Under the pieces are notes generated by a model. That model ran no database searches. It saw only the letters and a list, made by a program, of their open reading frames with translations, and was not told where the DNA came from. Positions 26,622 through 35,390 of a DNA stretch of 64,000 nt are shown here, piece by piece. Position numbers and translations under genes: made by a program. Origin of the DNA: Deltaproteobacteria bacterium (GTDB lineage: Bacteria > Desulfobacterota > DSM-4660 > Desulfatiglandales > HGW-15); assembly GCA_019310525.1 (NCBI GenBank), contig JAFDEE010000004.1, forward strand, positions 8,828-72,827, written 5' to 3'. Each line of letters opens with the position of its first letter. The first letter of the stretch is position 1.

Positions 26622-27215
26622 ATGAAAAGGCCTTTGCCGCTCTTCAGGGATGTATGCTCGGGTGAGAGAAAGGTCAATACAGCGACCCTGGAGCAGGTGG
26701 TTCTTTTGGCTGTCGAGATTGCCAGGGAAGGCCGGGAAGGGCGGAAGATCGGCACCCTTTTTGTTGTTTCCGATTCAGAGAAGGTGTTGAAACGGTCCAA
26801 GCCCCTGATTCTTGATCCCCTTAAAGGACACCCGGACGAGGTCAAGCGCATCGGTGACATAAACCTCCGGGAGACACTGAAGGAACTGGCTCAGCTGGAT
26901 GGGGCCTTTGTGGTCTCGGATGAGGGGGTCGTGATTTCTGCCTGCAGGTATATCAACGCTTCGTCGGAAGGGATCCGTCTCCCCCTGGGATTCGGCAGCC
27001 GTCACATGGCTGCGGCCTCCATCTCCAAGGAAACGGATTGCGTGTCCGTAGTGGTTTCAGAGAGTTCCATCGTTCGGGTATTTGACGACGGGGAACTCGT
27101 ATCCGAAATTATCCCGGAGATCTGGGTCATGAGCAAGTACAGTCATCACCTGAGCGGAGGCGAGATCTCGGAAAAAACGGATCGCAAGCTGATGGTCGTA
27201 AGCAAGACGGGGTGA
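26622..27215 (+). CDS. stand-alone DisA_N / diadenylate cyclase (DAC) domain protein with variant catalytic motifs
   Basis: 197 aa with RBS GGAGG. DAC-like core: GTLFVV, LDGAFVV (canonical HDGA), GSRHMAA (canonical GTRHRAA) and VVVSESS. Confidence 0.75.
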   Translation: MKRPLPLFRDVCSGERKVNTATLEQVVLLAVEIAREGREGRKIGTLFVVSDSEKVLKRSKPLILDPLKGHPDEVKRIGDINLRETLKELAQLDGAFVVSDEGVVISACRYINASSEGIRLPLGFGSRHMAAASISKETDCVSVVVSESSIVRVFDDGELVSEIIPEIWVMSKYSHHLSGGEISEKTDRKLMVVSKTG

Positions 27216-27246
27216 CCCGAGGACAAAACCGGCAATCGTCTTTCTG

Positions 27247-28488
27247 TTATCCGCTGTTTTCCCCGGCCGGCCTGCCCTCCGCCCAGCGCTTGAGCAGGTA
27301 AGGCTTGGTTTTTTCAAAGACCATGCAGTCTTCTTCAATGGCTTCTTCGGCCTGCTGGGTTGACATTCTTCGGGTCTTCTTGACGAAGGACAGGGTCCTC
27401 CCGAAGTAAAGGGGAATCAGGGCCTCCATCATGTCGTCGGGATCACACAGGGTATCCCGGTACCCTACGGCCATATCGTAAAGGATCCTCGCCCAGAGGT
27501 CCGTCGGGAAAGCGAACATTCTTTCCTTCATCCCTTTGATCTCCAGGAGTTTTTGAAAGACGTCCCTGGACAGGACTTCCTGGAGGATTTCCTTGTGTTC
27601 GTCGAAGCCCTCATGGAACCGCTCGAATAGCTTCTTGGTGTCCACTTCCACCTTGGGGGGCATGGCCACCTCACCCAGGCCGAATCCATAGATGGCCGTG
27701 GGTTTGCTGTATTTCACCCGGGTCCAGTAAGATTCGAAGTGGACCATCAGGTTGAATATGGTCCCCACTACCTGCCGGAACATGGGGCCCAGGGCCGCCG
27801 CGGGGTCCTTGGGCCTGTGAATCTTGGGCTTTCCCATGAAGGACTGGCAGACCTGGATGCCCTGGTTCAGGGCAAGAGTGGTCATCCAGATGTCGATCCC
27901 GAAATTGGCCACGGCCTCGTCCCAGATGGCACTCTCGAGGTAGACCCTGGCCAGTTCACCGCTGAACCCGAAATCGCCGCCGATGGGCTGGCGGACCCTG
28001 CGTCCGTATAGAGCCCTTGAGAGCGGGTAGGCGATGCCGTTGGTGATGGTGCCGTCATATTTATGACGAACATAGAGGGGCGCGACATAGGAAAAATCAT
28101 CGAAGAGAGGTTCGGCCAGGTGTTTGATCCATTCCGGGGTAATACTTTTGAGATCCGCGTCCACGACAACGATTGCCCGGGCTTCCAGGTCGAGCACTTT
28201 CTCGAAGAGGTTCTTGAAGTTGTTCCCCTTTCCCTTGACCCCCGGCGGCGTGGAGATGTAAATCTTGGGAACTTTGGTGGGGGTGTCCAAGAATGCCTGT
28301 TTCGTATTGTCCGGGGAGTTGTTGTCGCAATTGACGATCACGGTGGACAGATCGGGGAAGTACTTTACCAATCCCTCGCTGGCCTGAATCGTGGGATAGC
28401 TGATGGAGTCCGCCTCATTATAGGAGGGGATACTGACCACCAGCTCGGCTTTGGTGATACCTTCAGGATTGACTTCCTTTTCAAACAT
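27247..28488 (-). CDS. GT-A fold glycosyltransferase of the glucosylglycerate / glycosyl-3-phosphoglycerate synthase type
   Basis: 413 aa with VVSIPSYNEA, NCDNNSPDNT, GKGNNF and VVVDADL (DxD). It overlaps the phosphatase gene start by 8 nt. Confidence 0.65.
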   Translation of the reverse strand: MFEKEVNPEGITKAELVVSIPSYNEADSISYPTIQASEGLVKYFPDLSTVIVNCDNNSPDNTKQAFLDTPTKVPKIYISTPPGVKGKGNNFKNLFEKVLDLEARAIVVVDADLKSITPEWIKHLAEPLFDDFSYVAPLYVRHKYDGTITNGIAYPLSRALYGRRVRQPIGGDFGFSGELARVYLESAIWDEAVANFGIDIWMTTLALNQGIQVCQSFMGKPKIHRPKDPAAALGPMFRQVVGTIFNLMVHFESYWTRVKYSKPTAIYGFGLGEVAMPPKVEVDTKKLFERFHEGFDEHKEILQEVLSRDVFQKLLEIKGMKERMFAFPTDLWARILYDMAVGYRDTLCDPDDMMEALIPLYFGRTLSFVKKTRRMSTQQAEEAIEEDCMVFEKTKPYLLKRWAEGRPAGENSG

Positions 28489-29368
28489 TTTTCCTAAGAC
28501 CTCCCTTCAATTTGAGCAGAATGCCCGAAACGGCGTCGTTCCAACCCCGGGGCCCGGGCTCGGAAGTTATGCTCAATCCGGGAATATCTTCCTTGATCCC
28601 CGGAAAATCCCGGTCGGAGCGGACCAATACCGGGTAGTTTACCCGCTTTAACATGGAGAAGTCGTTTGGGCTGTCCCCGAGACCGATGGTGACAAGCCGC
28701 AAATAGGTCCTCCCGTACCAGATGATCAGTTTCCCGACGGCCTCACCCTTATCCACCTTTCCGTGGAGATGAAAGAACCGCCCCCCCTGGGTCACTTTGA
28801 GGCCCCTGGTGCCGGCGGCCTCCTGGAGGGCCGCGATGTTCCTCTCCCCTTCCAGTAGGAAGGGCTCGTCGAATTCCCTTTGCGCTGCAAGTCTGCATGT
28901 GTCCGGGTCCAGCCCGGTCAACGCAGCGATTTCCTCCGGGTCCATGTCCGAAAATCCTCGGAGGTCCCAGTTCAATTCCTCTCTGATCTCCTTTAGGGCC
29001 TTGACCAGGCTTTTATATGGAGGACCCAGGGACCATTTCCAGAACTCACCGTCCAATACAGCCTCGCCCGGAGGCCAGTTCGTTCCCCCCATCGGGAAGA
29101 AGATCCCCCCGCCGTTTTCGGAGACAAAGGGGGCAGTGAGTCCCAATGTTCTCCAGAGCCTCACCATCTCGGCCCTGGTCTTGCTCGAGACCAGGACCAC
29201 GGGAATATCGGCTTCTTTGCAGGTCTCAAGGGCCGGTGCCGCCTCCTTCCACTCGTAAGTGTCCTGATCCAGCAGCGTTCCGTCAAGATCCGTGAAAATG
29301 ATCGGGAAGAGGGCGGCCGATCGGGGGGATTCCGGGGCATCCCTCTCAGAGGAACCGCCGCTTTTCAT
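28481..29368 (-). CDS. HAD-IIB mannosyl-3-phosphoglycerate phosphatase family (MpgP/YedP-like)
   Basis: 295 aa with FTDLDGTLLD, YEW..AAPAL, VLVSSKTRAEM and GLGDSPND, which aligns well by eye with E. coli YedP. Confidence 0.8.
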   Translation of the reverse strand: MKSGGSSERDAPESPRSAALFPIIFTDLDGTLLDQDTYEWKEAAPALETCKEADIPVVLVSSKTRAEMVRLWRTLGLTAPFVSENGGGIFFPMGGTNWPPGEAVLDGEFWKWSLGPPYKSLVKALKEIREELNWDLRGFSDMDPEEIAALTGLDPDTCRLAAQREFDEPFLLEGERNIAALQEAAGTRGLKVTQGGRFFHLHGKVDKGEAVGKLIIWYGRTYLRLVTIGLGDSPNDFSMLKRVNYPVLVRSDRDFPGIKEDIPGLSITSEPGPRGWNDAVSGILLKLKGGLRKNV

Positions 29369-30641
29369 TCTCCACCACCTCGATCAGGTCGAAAAAGATC
29401 TTCGGGAGTTTGTTGGAAATCCTCTCCCAAGAAACTGTCTGGGGCATCTGAAAAAGACCTTCCAATGTCTTTCGCTCCACCGCCAGGATAGCCTCCGAGA
29501 GACCCATTTCGAGGAAGGGCTTGAATTCCTCGTGGGTATGAACCAGTCTCAGGAAGCGTTCGGTCATCTGACGGGGAGAGGTGAGAAGTTCTCCGGCATG
29601 GAGGATGGAATTGGTGAAAACTTTTTTCACCAGGTATTCCTCGGAGTCCCGATCGTAACGGAGGCTGTTGAAGCTGGCATCGTCCGAGTATTTTTTGATC
29701 TGTTCTTCGGCCACCGCATTGTAAGTGATGGCCAGGTCCCTGAAAAAGGTGTCGGAGATCTCAAGGCCCTCCTCGATCACCAGGGCGTTCATCAAAGTTG
29801 TCACGATGTCCACGGCCATTCTGTTCAGGCCCCTGTTACGGTCGCCGTCAGAGACATCCTGGTGCTTGTGATCAAAGGGTTCCTCGGAGAACATCACCTG
29901 AGCCGGGCTGGATGCCTTTCTGTAAACCTCGATCAGGGTAAAGATCTCTACACCCCAGTTGGTTGCGAAACGCATCCTTTTCAGCAAGTCCACGTGAAAG
30001 GCCACCTCGCCGGAGAGCTGATAGTGGAAACCCAGGAGAAAGTCGATGAGGCGGAGCATCTTGTCTTCCTTGGACTCCGTGAACTTCCGCTTGAGCGAGA
30101 GAAGGAGCGGATCAAGGAGGAGCCTCTTGACCCTCCCGTAAAGTTCTCCGTCCTTGAGGCGGGCGTAATACGCCTTTGAGAAATCATACCCCAGTACCAC
30201 CACGGGGTAAAAGAGCCGATCGAGTTGCACCTTTTTAAAGGTGCGGATGTCGGCATCCACAAGGCCGATGGATTCTGCACCCATGGCGATGGCGATCCCG
30301 AAACCGAGGAATATGTTCTTGCCTTTTCCGGGTTCACTGATATTGAATCCTGCCTCATTCAGTTGTTCGTAGATCCCACTGAACCCCGGTCCGTCGTTCC
30401 ATTGAATCAGGGCGTTCTTTATACCGTATTTCAGGATCAGTTCTTGAAGGGTGTGTGCCTCCCTTTCGCTGGCGCCGTCAAGCCCGAAGATCACCTGGGA
30501 TAGATAAGTGGTGGCCCGGAGTTCTTTCAGGATGTTTTCGAAAACGGGACGGTTGGCGGGGTCCATGAATTCGCTGGCCAGGGTGGGGACGATCAGAACC
30601 GTTTTCTTCCACTTGGAGCCGAGTCGAAGTTGGTTGCGCAA
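29346..30641 (-). CDS. glycosyl-3-phosphoglycerate synthase-like GT (GT55/GT81-like: MpgS/GpgS type)
   Basis: 431 aa with a TTG start. The core GKGKNIFLGFGIAIAMGAESIGLVDADI resembles the GKGEGM...VGFVDADN core of mannosyl-/glucosyl-3-phosphoglycerate synthases. Confidence 0.65.
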   Translation of the reverse strand: MRNQLRLGSKWKKTVLIVPTLASEFMDPANRPVFENILKELRATTYLSQVIFGLDGASEREAHTLQELILKYGIKNALIQWNDGPGFSGIYEQLNEAGFNISEPGKGKNIFLGFGIAIAMGAESIGLVDADIRTFKKVQLDRLFYPVVVLGYDFSKAYYARLKDGELYGRVKRLLLDPLLLSLKRKFTESKEDKMLRLIDFLLGFHYQLSGEVAFHVDLLKRMRFATNWGVEIFTLIEVYRKASSPAQVMFSEEPFDHKHQDVSDGDRNRGLNRMAVDIVTTLMNALVIEEGLEISDTFFRDLAITYNAVAEEQIKKYSDDASFNSLRYDRDSEEYLVKKVFTNSILHAGELLTSPRQMTERFLRLVHTHEEFKPFLEMGLSEAILAVERKTLEGLFQMPQTVSWERISNKLPKIFFDLIEVVENEKRRFL

Positions 30642-30740
30642 CGTCCTTCGATCCTGCTTGAGGACGTGAAAAGTGGTGATTCGGCTGCGGTTTTGGGAGA
30701 AGTCCGTGATGGGAAAACCCTCCTTCCCGTTTAGCGGGTG

Positions 30741-30769
30741 AATCTAAAGAATATCAAGGCGGTTGTCAA
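30741..30769 (-). promoter_or_regulatory. sigma70-type promoter (TTGACA-17-TAGATT) for the GT-phosphatase-GT operon
   Basis: Hexamers read on the minus strand, about 90 nt upstream of the TTG start at 30641. Confidence 0.4.
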
Positions 30770-30913
30770 ATTTTCTTTGGAAGAAATCCGCCGGTGGATT
30801 TGACCGCCCCGAAAGGCGCGGGCGGATTCCTTGAGTTTTATTTAAAAAATACGCAAAAATGGTTCCATTATCGCTCCCCTGGGAGCCGGGCGACGGTCAG
30901 GCCTCTGGAGGGG

Positions 30914-31939
30914 TTAAAACAATCGCTTTTGAACTTCTCCTTCCTTTTCCCGCCGGATCCCGAAATGCTCATAGGCCAGACGGGTGGCCACTCTTCCCCG
31001 GGCGGTCCTCTTGAGGTATCCCCGCTGGATTAAGAAGGGTTCGTACACATCCTCAATAGTATCCTTTTCTTCGCTGACCGCAGCCGCCAGGGTATCCACC
31101 CCCACAGGCCCCCCGTCGAACTTCTCAAGGATCGTAAGCATGATGTGCCGGTCCATCTTGTCAAGTCCCTCCTCGTCCACCTCGAGCATTTCGAGGGCGC
31201 TGCGGGCCACTTCCCGGGTGATCTTGCCCTCGGCCTCCACTTCGGCGAAATCCCTCACTCTCCTCAGGAGCCGATTCGCCACCCTGGGCGTCCCCCTCGA
31301 CCGTCTTGCGATCTCCGTGGCCCCTTCATCTGTGATGGGGATGGAAAGCAGGGAGGCGGAACGTTCGATTATGCGTTTTAAGTCCTCGGGCCTGTAAAAG
31401 TCCACCCTCAGAATGACTCCGAACCGTTCCCTCAGAGGGGGAGTCAGCAGTCCGGCACGGGTTGTGGCCCCTACAAGGGTGAAGGGGGGAAGGGTGATCT
31501 TCATGGTCCTGGCCGAGGGGCCCTGGCCGATGATGATATCCAGCCGGTAGTCTTCCATGGCGGGATAGAGGATTTCCTCCACCACATGGTTGAGCCGGTG
31601 GACTTCATCGATGAACAGGACGTCCCGTGGCTGTAAGCTGGTGAGGATGGCGGCAAGGTCGCCGGGGCGTTCTATCACCGGACCCGAAGTGCTGGTGATG
31701 TTCACGTTGAGTTCGTGGGCGATGATATGGGAAAGGGAGGTCTTTCCCAAGCCAGGGCTGCCGTGGAAAAGGACGTGGTCCAGGGCGTCTTCCCGGGCCT
31801 TGGCCGCATTGATGAAGACTTTGAGATTCCGTTTGATCTCCTCCTGGCCTATGTATTCGTCCAGGGTTCTGGGCCGCAGGCTCACCTCAGCAGGGATCTC
31901 ATCCGGAAGAAGATCGGGATCGATGATTCGTTCAGTCAT
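30914..31939 (-). CDS. ruvB: Holliday junction branch migration helicase RuvB
   Basis: 341 aa with [20 protein letters not shown]-type Walker A (GSPGLGKTS) and DEVHRL. Confidence 0.95.
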   Translation of the reverse strand: MTERIIDPDLLPDEIPAEVSLRPRTLDEYIGQEEIKRNLKVFINAAKAREDALDHVLFHGSPGLGKTSLSHIIAHELNVNITSTSGPVIERPGDLAAILTSLQPRDVLFIDEVHRLNHVVEEILYPAMEDYRLDIIIGQGPSARTMKITLPPFTLVGATTRAGLLTPPLRERFGVILRVDFYRPEDLKRIIERSASLLSIPITDEGATEIARRSRGTPRVANRLLRRVRDFAEVEAEGKITREVARSALEMLEVDEEGLDKMDRHIMLTILEKFDGGPVGVDTLAAAVSEEKDTIEDVYEPFLIQRGYLKRTARGRVATRLAYEHFGIRREKEGEVQKRLF

Positions 31940-31959
31940 GGGAACGCCCTTGTATCGGG

Positions 31960-32562
31960 TCAGGCGAGTATTTTAAGGGCTGCTTTGATCAACCCCTCGA
32001 GGGTGATCTCCTTCAGCCCGGCACGGGCCACGTCGATGGCCCGGCTGGCCGACTTGGCCGGGTAGCCCAGGTTCAATAGGGCTGAAAGGGCATCGTCGAG
32101 GACATGTTTATCGGCCTGAACCGAAACACCCGCGGCCGCTGCGGGTTGGTCCCCGGCCATGCGGAGGGCCTTGTCTTTGAGTTCCAAGGCGATCCGCTCG
32201 GCTGTCTTTTTTCCTATTCCGGGTATGGCTCGAATCCGCAAGCTGTCTCCCCTGGCCATGGCCTGGAGAAGGTCCTCGGGGCCGATGCCCGAGAGGATAT
32301 TTATGGCCAGTTTCGGTCCGATTCCCGAAACCGAGATCAGCATCAGAAAGATCTCCTTCTCTAGCGGCGTCTGAAAGCCGAACAGGAGCAAGGCATCTTC
32401 GCGCACGTGGGTATGGATGTAAAGGCTTACGGGCTGGTTGACCTCGGGAAGCGTATAGAAGGTGGAGAGGGGAACCAGGACCTGATAACCTATCCCTCCG
32501 TTGTCGATGATCACCGCCTGTGTGTCTTTTTCAGCAAGTATACCCTTCAACCGGGCAATCAT
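31960..32562 (-). CDS. ruvA: Holliday junction DNA-binding protein RuvA
   Basis: 200 aa with MIARLKG.., GIGYQV and HhH motifs ([21 protein letters not shown]). Confidence 0.93.
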   Translation of the reverse strand: MIARLKGILAEKDTQAVIIDNGGIGYQVLVPLSTFYTLPEVNQPVSLYIHTHVREDALLLFGFQTPLEKEIFLMLISVSGIGPKLAINILSGIGPEDLLQAMARGDSLRIRAIPGIGKKTAERIALELKDKALRMAGDQPAAAAGVSVQADKHVLDDALSALLNLGYPAKSASRAIDVARAGLKEITLEGLIKAALKILA

Positions 32563-32585
32563 AAGTGCACACCACTTCTTTCTAC

Positions 32586-32734
32586 GAGACCTTTGAAAAA
32601 CGCCCCCTTTTGCCCAATCTCTGCGTCAGATTTAAATTTTAATCCTCGAAATACTCAATATTATATGTATTCCTGTGGTTAAAATTTTCGTCTTCCTTGA
32701 TCTTGAACAAAATTGAACGTTTTTCAAAGGTCTC
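32586..32734. mobile_element. MITE-like element (149 bp; perfect 17-bp TIR GAGACCTTTGAAAAACG) in the ruvC-ruvA spacer
   Basis: Both ends were read directly. It belongs to the same family as 35066-35359 and 48137-48447, in inverted orientation. Confidence 0.7.
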
Positions 32735-32763
32735 TTTATATCCGGCTTCGGAAGACCGGGATT

Positions 32764-33264
32764 TCAGCCCCGATCCGGCTGCCGGGATGATTCAAACCGC
32801 ATCCAGTGGATATGGCAAATAGCCGCGGCCAAGGCGTCCGAGGTGTCCAGGTTCAAGGGCCCGCGCAGTTGCAAGAGGGTTTGAACCATGGACCTGACCT
32901 GTTCCTTCGTGGCCCTTCCATAACCCACTACGGATTTTTTGATCTCCAGGGGGGAGTACTCGTAAATCTTGAGGCCGCATTGAACAGCCCCGATGAGGAC
33001 GGCCCCCCGTGCATGTCCGATTTTAAGCGCACTCTTCACGTTTTTGGCGAAGAACATATCCTCTATGGCCAGCTCCTGGGGCCGATAGCGGGTCATGATC
33101 TCCACCATGGAACGGAATATGTAATGGATTCTGTCGTGGAAAGGAATTTTGCTTGAAGCGGTGACGGTGCCGGCATGAACACAGGTCATGCGGTTTTTTT
33201 TCTTCTCAACCAGACCAAAGCCGGTCGTAAGGGAGCCGGGATCCACCCCCAGCACAAGCATCAC
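32764..33264 (-). CDS. ruvC: crossover junction endodeoxyribonuclease RuvC
   Basis: 166 aa with LGVDPGS.TTGFG, EDMFF and EYSP..IKK motifs. Confidence 0.93.
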   Translation of the reverse strand: MMLVLGVDPGSLTTGFGLVEKKKNRMTCVHAGTVTASSKIPFHDRIHYIFRSMVEIMTRYRPQELAIEDMFFAKNVKSALKIGHARGAVLIGAVQCGLKIYEYSPLEIKKSVVGYGRATKEQVRSMVQTLLQLRGPLNLDTSDALAAAICHIHWMRFESSRQPDRG

Positions 33265-34007
33265 CCCAGGGCCTCCATGACCTCGTCGGGGATATCGAAG
33301 TTTGCATACACGTTGTTTACATCGTCGTTGTCTTCGAGCATCTCCATCAGGTTCAACATCTGTTCCGCCTTTTTCCCTTCCAGCCTGACCGTATTCTGGG
33401 GAACCATGCTGATCTCCGCAAGGTTGTATTTCAACCCCTCTTCGTCAAAGGCCTTCTTGACTGCTTCGAATTCAGAGGGAGGGATATGGACCTCGAAGGT
33501 GGAATCCTCCTCCTTGATGTCTTCGGCCCCCGCATCCAGGGCCACCTCCATGAGCTGTTCCTCGTCCACCTTGTCCTTGTCAAAGACGATCAGGCCTTTT
33601 TTCTCGAACATCCAGGCCACGCAGCCGGGCTCCCCGAGGCTTCCGCCGTGGCGGTCCAGGATGTGTTTCAGATCGGCCACAGTTCTGTTCTTGTTGTCCG
33701 TCAAGCAATTGATAAGGACGGCAACACCACCGGGACCGTATGCCTCGTAATTGACCTCCTCGTAAGAGGTTCCTTCCAGTTCCCCTGTACCCTTCTTGAT
33801 GGCCCTCTCGATGTTGTCCTTCGGCATGTTTTCAGACTTGGCGGCAAGAATGGCCTGTCTGAGGCGGGGGTTGCCGTTGGGATCGCCCCCGCCCAAGCGG
33901 GCGGCGACAGTGATTTCCTTGATCAGTTTGGTGAAGATTTTCCCCCTTTTTGCATCCAGGGCTCCCTTTTTATGTTTTATGGAGCTCCATTTTGAATGAC
34001 CGGACAT
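33261..34007 (-). CDS. yebC: YebC/PmpR family DNA-binding transcriptional regulator
   Basis: The start was moved to ATG 34007 ([25 protein letters not shown]). Family signature throughout. Confidence 0.92.
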   Translation of the reverse strand: MSGHSKWSSIKHKKGALDAKRGKIFTKLIKEITVAARLGGGDPNGNPRLRQAILAAKSENMPKDNIERAIKKGTGELEGTSYEEVNYEAYGPGGVAVLINCLTDNKNRTVADLKHILDRHGGSLGEPGCVAWMFEKKGLIVFDKDKVDEEQLMEVALDAGAEDIKEEDSTFEVHIPPSEFEAVKKAFDEEGLKYNLAEISMVPQNTVRLEGKKAEQMLNLMEMLEDNDDVNNVYANFDIPDEVMEALG

Positions 34008-34133
34008 CGGTTCCCTCCTCATATCTCAAGGGCTGAAACGGAAGCCCCGCTAAATCTTCTCAGGGCCGGTGAACCCGACCCTTGTTCATATTGGTTTCAT
34101 TTACCCGGCAATCAATTCGTCAACTCCCGGAAC

Positions 34134-34748
34134 TCACCTCTCTAAGGGATCCTGGGGATCCAATCGTTCGAGCCCAAGGAGATAGATCTCCCTGCTTCTT
34201 TTTCTAACCGCCGAGGGCCGAATTGCCCGGACCATCTTGAAGCCCCGGGCCAGTTCCTCTTTGAAAGACCTCAAGTTTTCTCCTTCGAACACCTTGCAGA
34301 GGAAGTTTCCTTTAGGCCTCAGGATGGCCAGAGCGATCTCCAGGGCCTTCACGGCCAGGGTCAGGGAACGGCTTTCGTCGGTTACACGGATCCCCGTGGT
34401 CCGGGGAGCCAGATCGCTGATTACAATGTCTCTCGGGCCGATCGCCTGCTTCAGATCCCCGGGAGCCAGGGTCAAGATATCCGCCAGGATAAAGGTGAAA
34501 TTGGGTGCCTCCAGGTGCTCAGGTTCCTTCAGGTCGATCCCGACGACGTCCCCTTTCGCCCCCACTCTTTTCAGGCTGTATTGGGACCAGGACCCTGGAA
34601 AGGCCCCCAGATCCAGAACCCTGTACCCGGGCCGAAAAACCTTGAAACGACGGTCGATTTCTTCGAGCTTATAGACGGAGCGTGCCCGCCAGTTTTCTTT
34701 TTTGGCCCTGCGTGTGAAATGGTCCTCCCACCTGCCTCCTTTTCCCAT
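34134..34748 (-). CDS. rlmE: 23S rRNA (uridine2552-2'-O)-methyltransferase RlmE/FtsJ
   Basis: 204 aa with RSVYKL.EID, VLDLGAFPGSWSQY and ISDLAP motifs. Confidence 0.9.
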   Translation of the reverse strand: MGKGGRWEDHFTRRAKKENWRARSVYKLEEIDRRFKVFRPGYRVLDLGAFPGSWSQYSLKRVGAKGDVVGIDLKEPEHLEAPNFTFILADILTLAPGDLKQAIGPRDIVISDLAPRTTGIRVTDESRSLTLAVKALEIALAILRPKGNFLCKVFEGENLRSFKEELARGFKMVRAIRPSAVRKRSREIYLLGLERLDPQDPLER

Positions 34749-34923
34749 GAAATCCCCAATCCAAGACCTGGATCTCTACCTCCCGGGCTTCCCCGGAAAG
34801 GGGAAAAAGGGGGCGGGTCCAGGATCGTCATTTTCTACCATATCTACCCGGGCAATGCAAAAAAAATATAGGATTTCGAGTCGCTCGGGTCCGGCCAGGC
34901 CAGGGCGATCCCACTATTTTTCC

Positions 34924-34952
34924 TTGACACCCCAGGACAATTTATCTATAGT
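34924..34952 (+). promoter_or_regulatory. near-consensus sigma70 promoter (TTGACA-17-TATAGT)
   Basis: Hexamers and spacer read directly. The next plus-strand gene is the dsrT-like ORF, about 430 nt downstream. Confidence 0.5.
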
Positions 34953-35065
34953 CCCTCATCCAGCATAGACCGCCTTCGTCGTTCCATACACCTGAATCAA
35001 CAGCCAAAAGGGGTACCGGATCCGGGAGAGCGGCTCCCCGATTGCCCGATGAGCGGATCTGCGTG

Positions 35066-35359
35066 GAGACCTTTGAAAAACGTTCAATCTTGTTCAAGGT
35101 CAAGAGAAGACGAAAATTTCAACCAGAGAAATACAACAGAGTGAGACCTTTGAAAAATGTTCAATTTTGCCCAAGGGTCAAGGAAGGCGAAAATTTTAAC
35201 CGCAGGAATACAATTGGAGTATTTCGAGGATTAAAATTTGAGCCTGACGCTGAGATTGGGCAAAAGGGGGCGTTTTGAAAAGGTCTCAGAGTATTTCGAG
35301 GAGTGAAATCCGAGTCTGGCGCTGAGATCGGGCAAAAGAGGGCGTTTTGAAAAGGTCTC
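35066..35359. mobile_element. nested MITE: a complete copy (35143-35287) inserted inside another copy (35066-35142 plus 35288-35359), flanked by a 5-bp AGAGT duplication
   Basis: GAGACC...GGTCTC ends were read directly. AGAGT occurs at 35138-35142 and 35288-35292. The outer halves sum to 149 bp, the unit length. Confidence 0.78.
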
Positions 35360-35390
35360 AAAGAGGGCCGTTCCTTAACAAACGCTAACG

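Noticed and set aside
30780-30913. GC hairpin CCGCCCCGAAAGGCGCGGGCGG as the ruvB terminator
   Set aside because: On the minus strand the stem is followed by TCAAATCC rather than a U-tract, so an intrinsic terminator is not supported.
35066-35359. Possible CRISPR array, suggested by closely spaced repeats
   Set aside because: The repeat units are 72-149 bp with terminal inverted repeats and no regularly sized unique spacers. No cas genes are present in the window.
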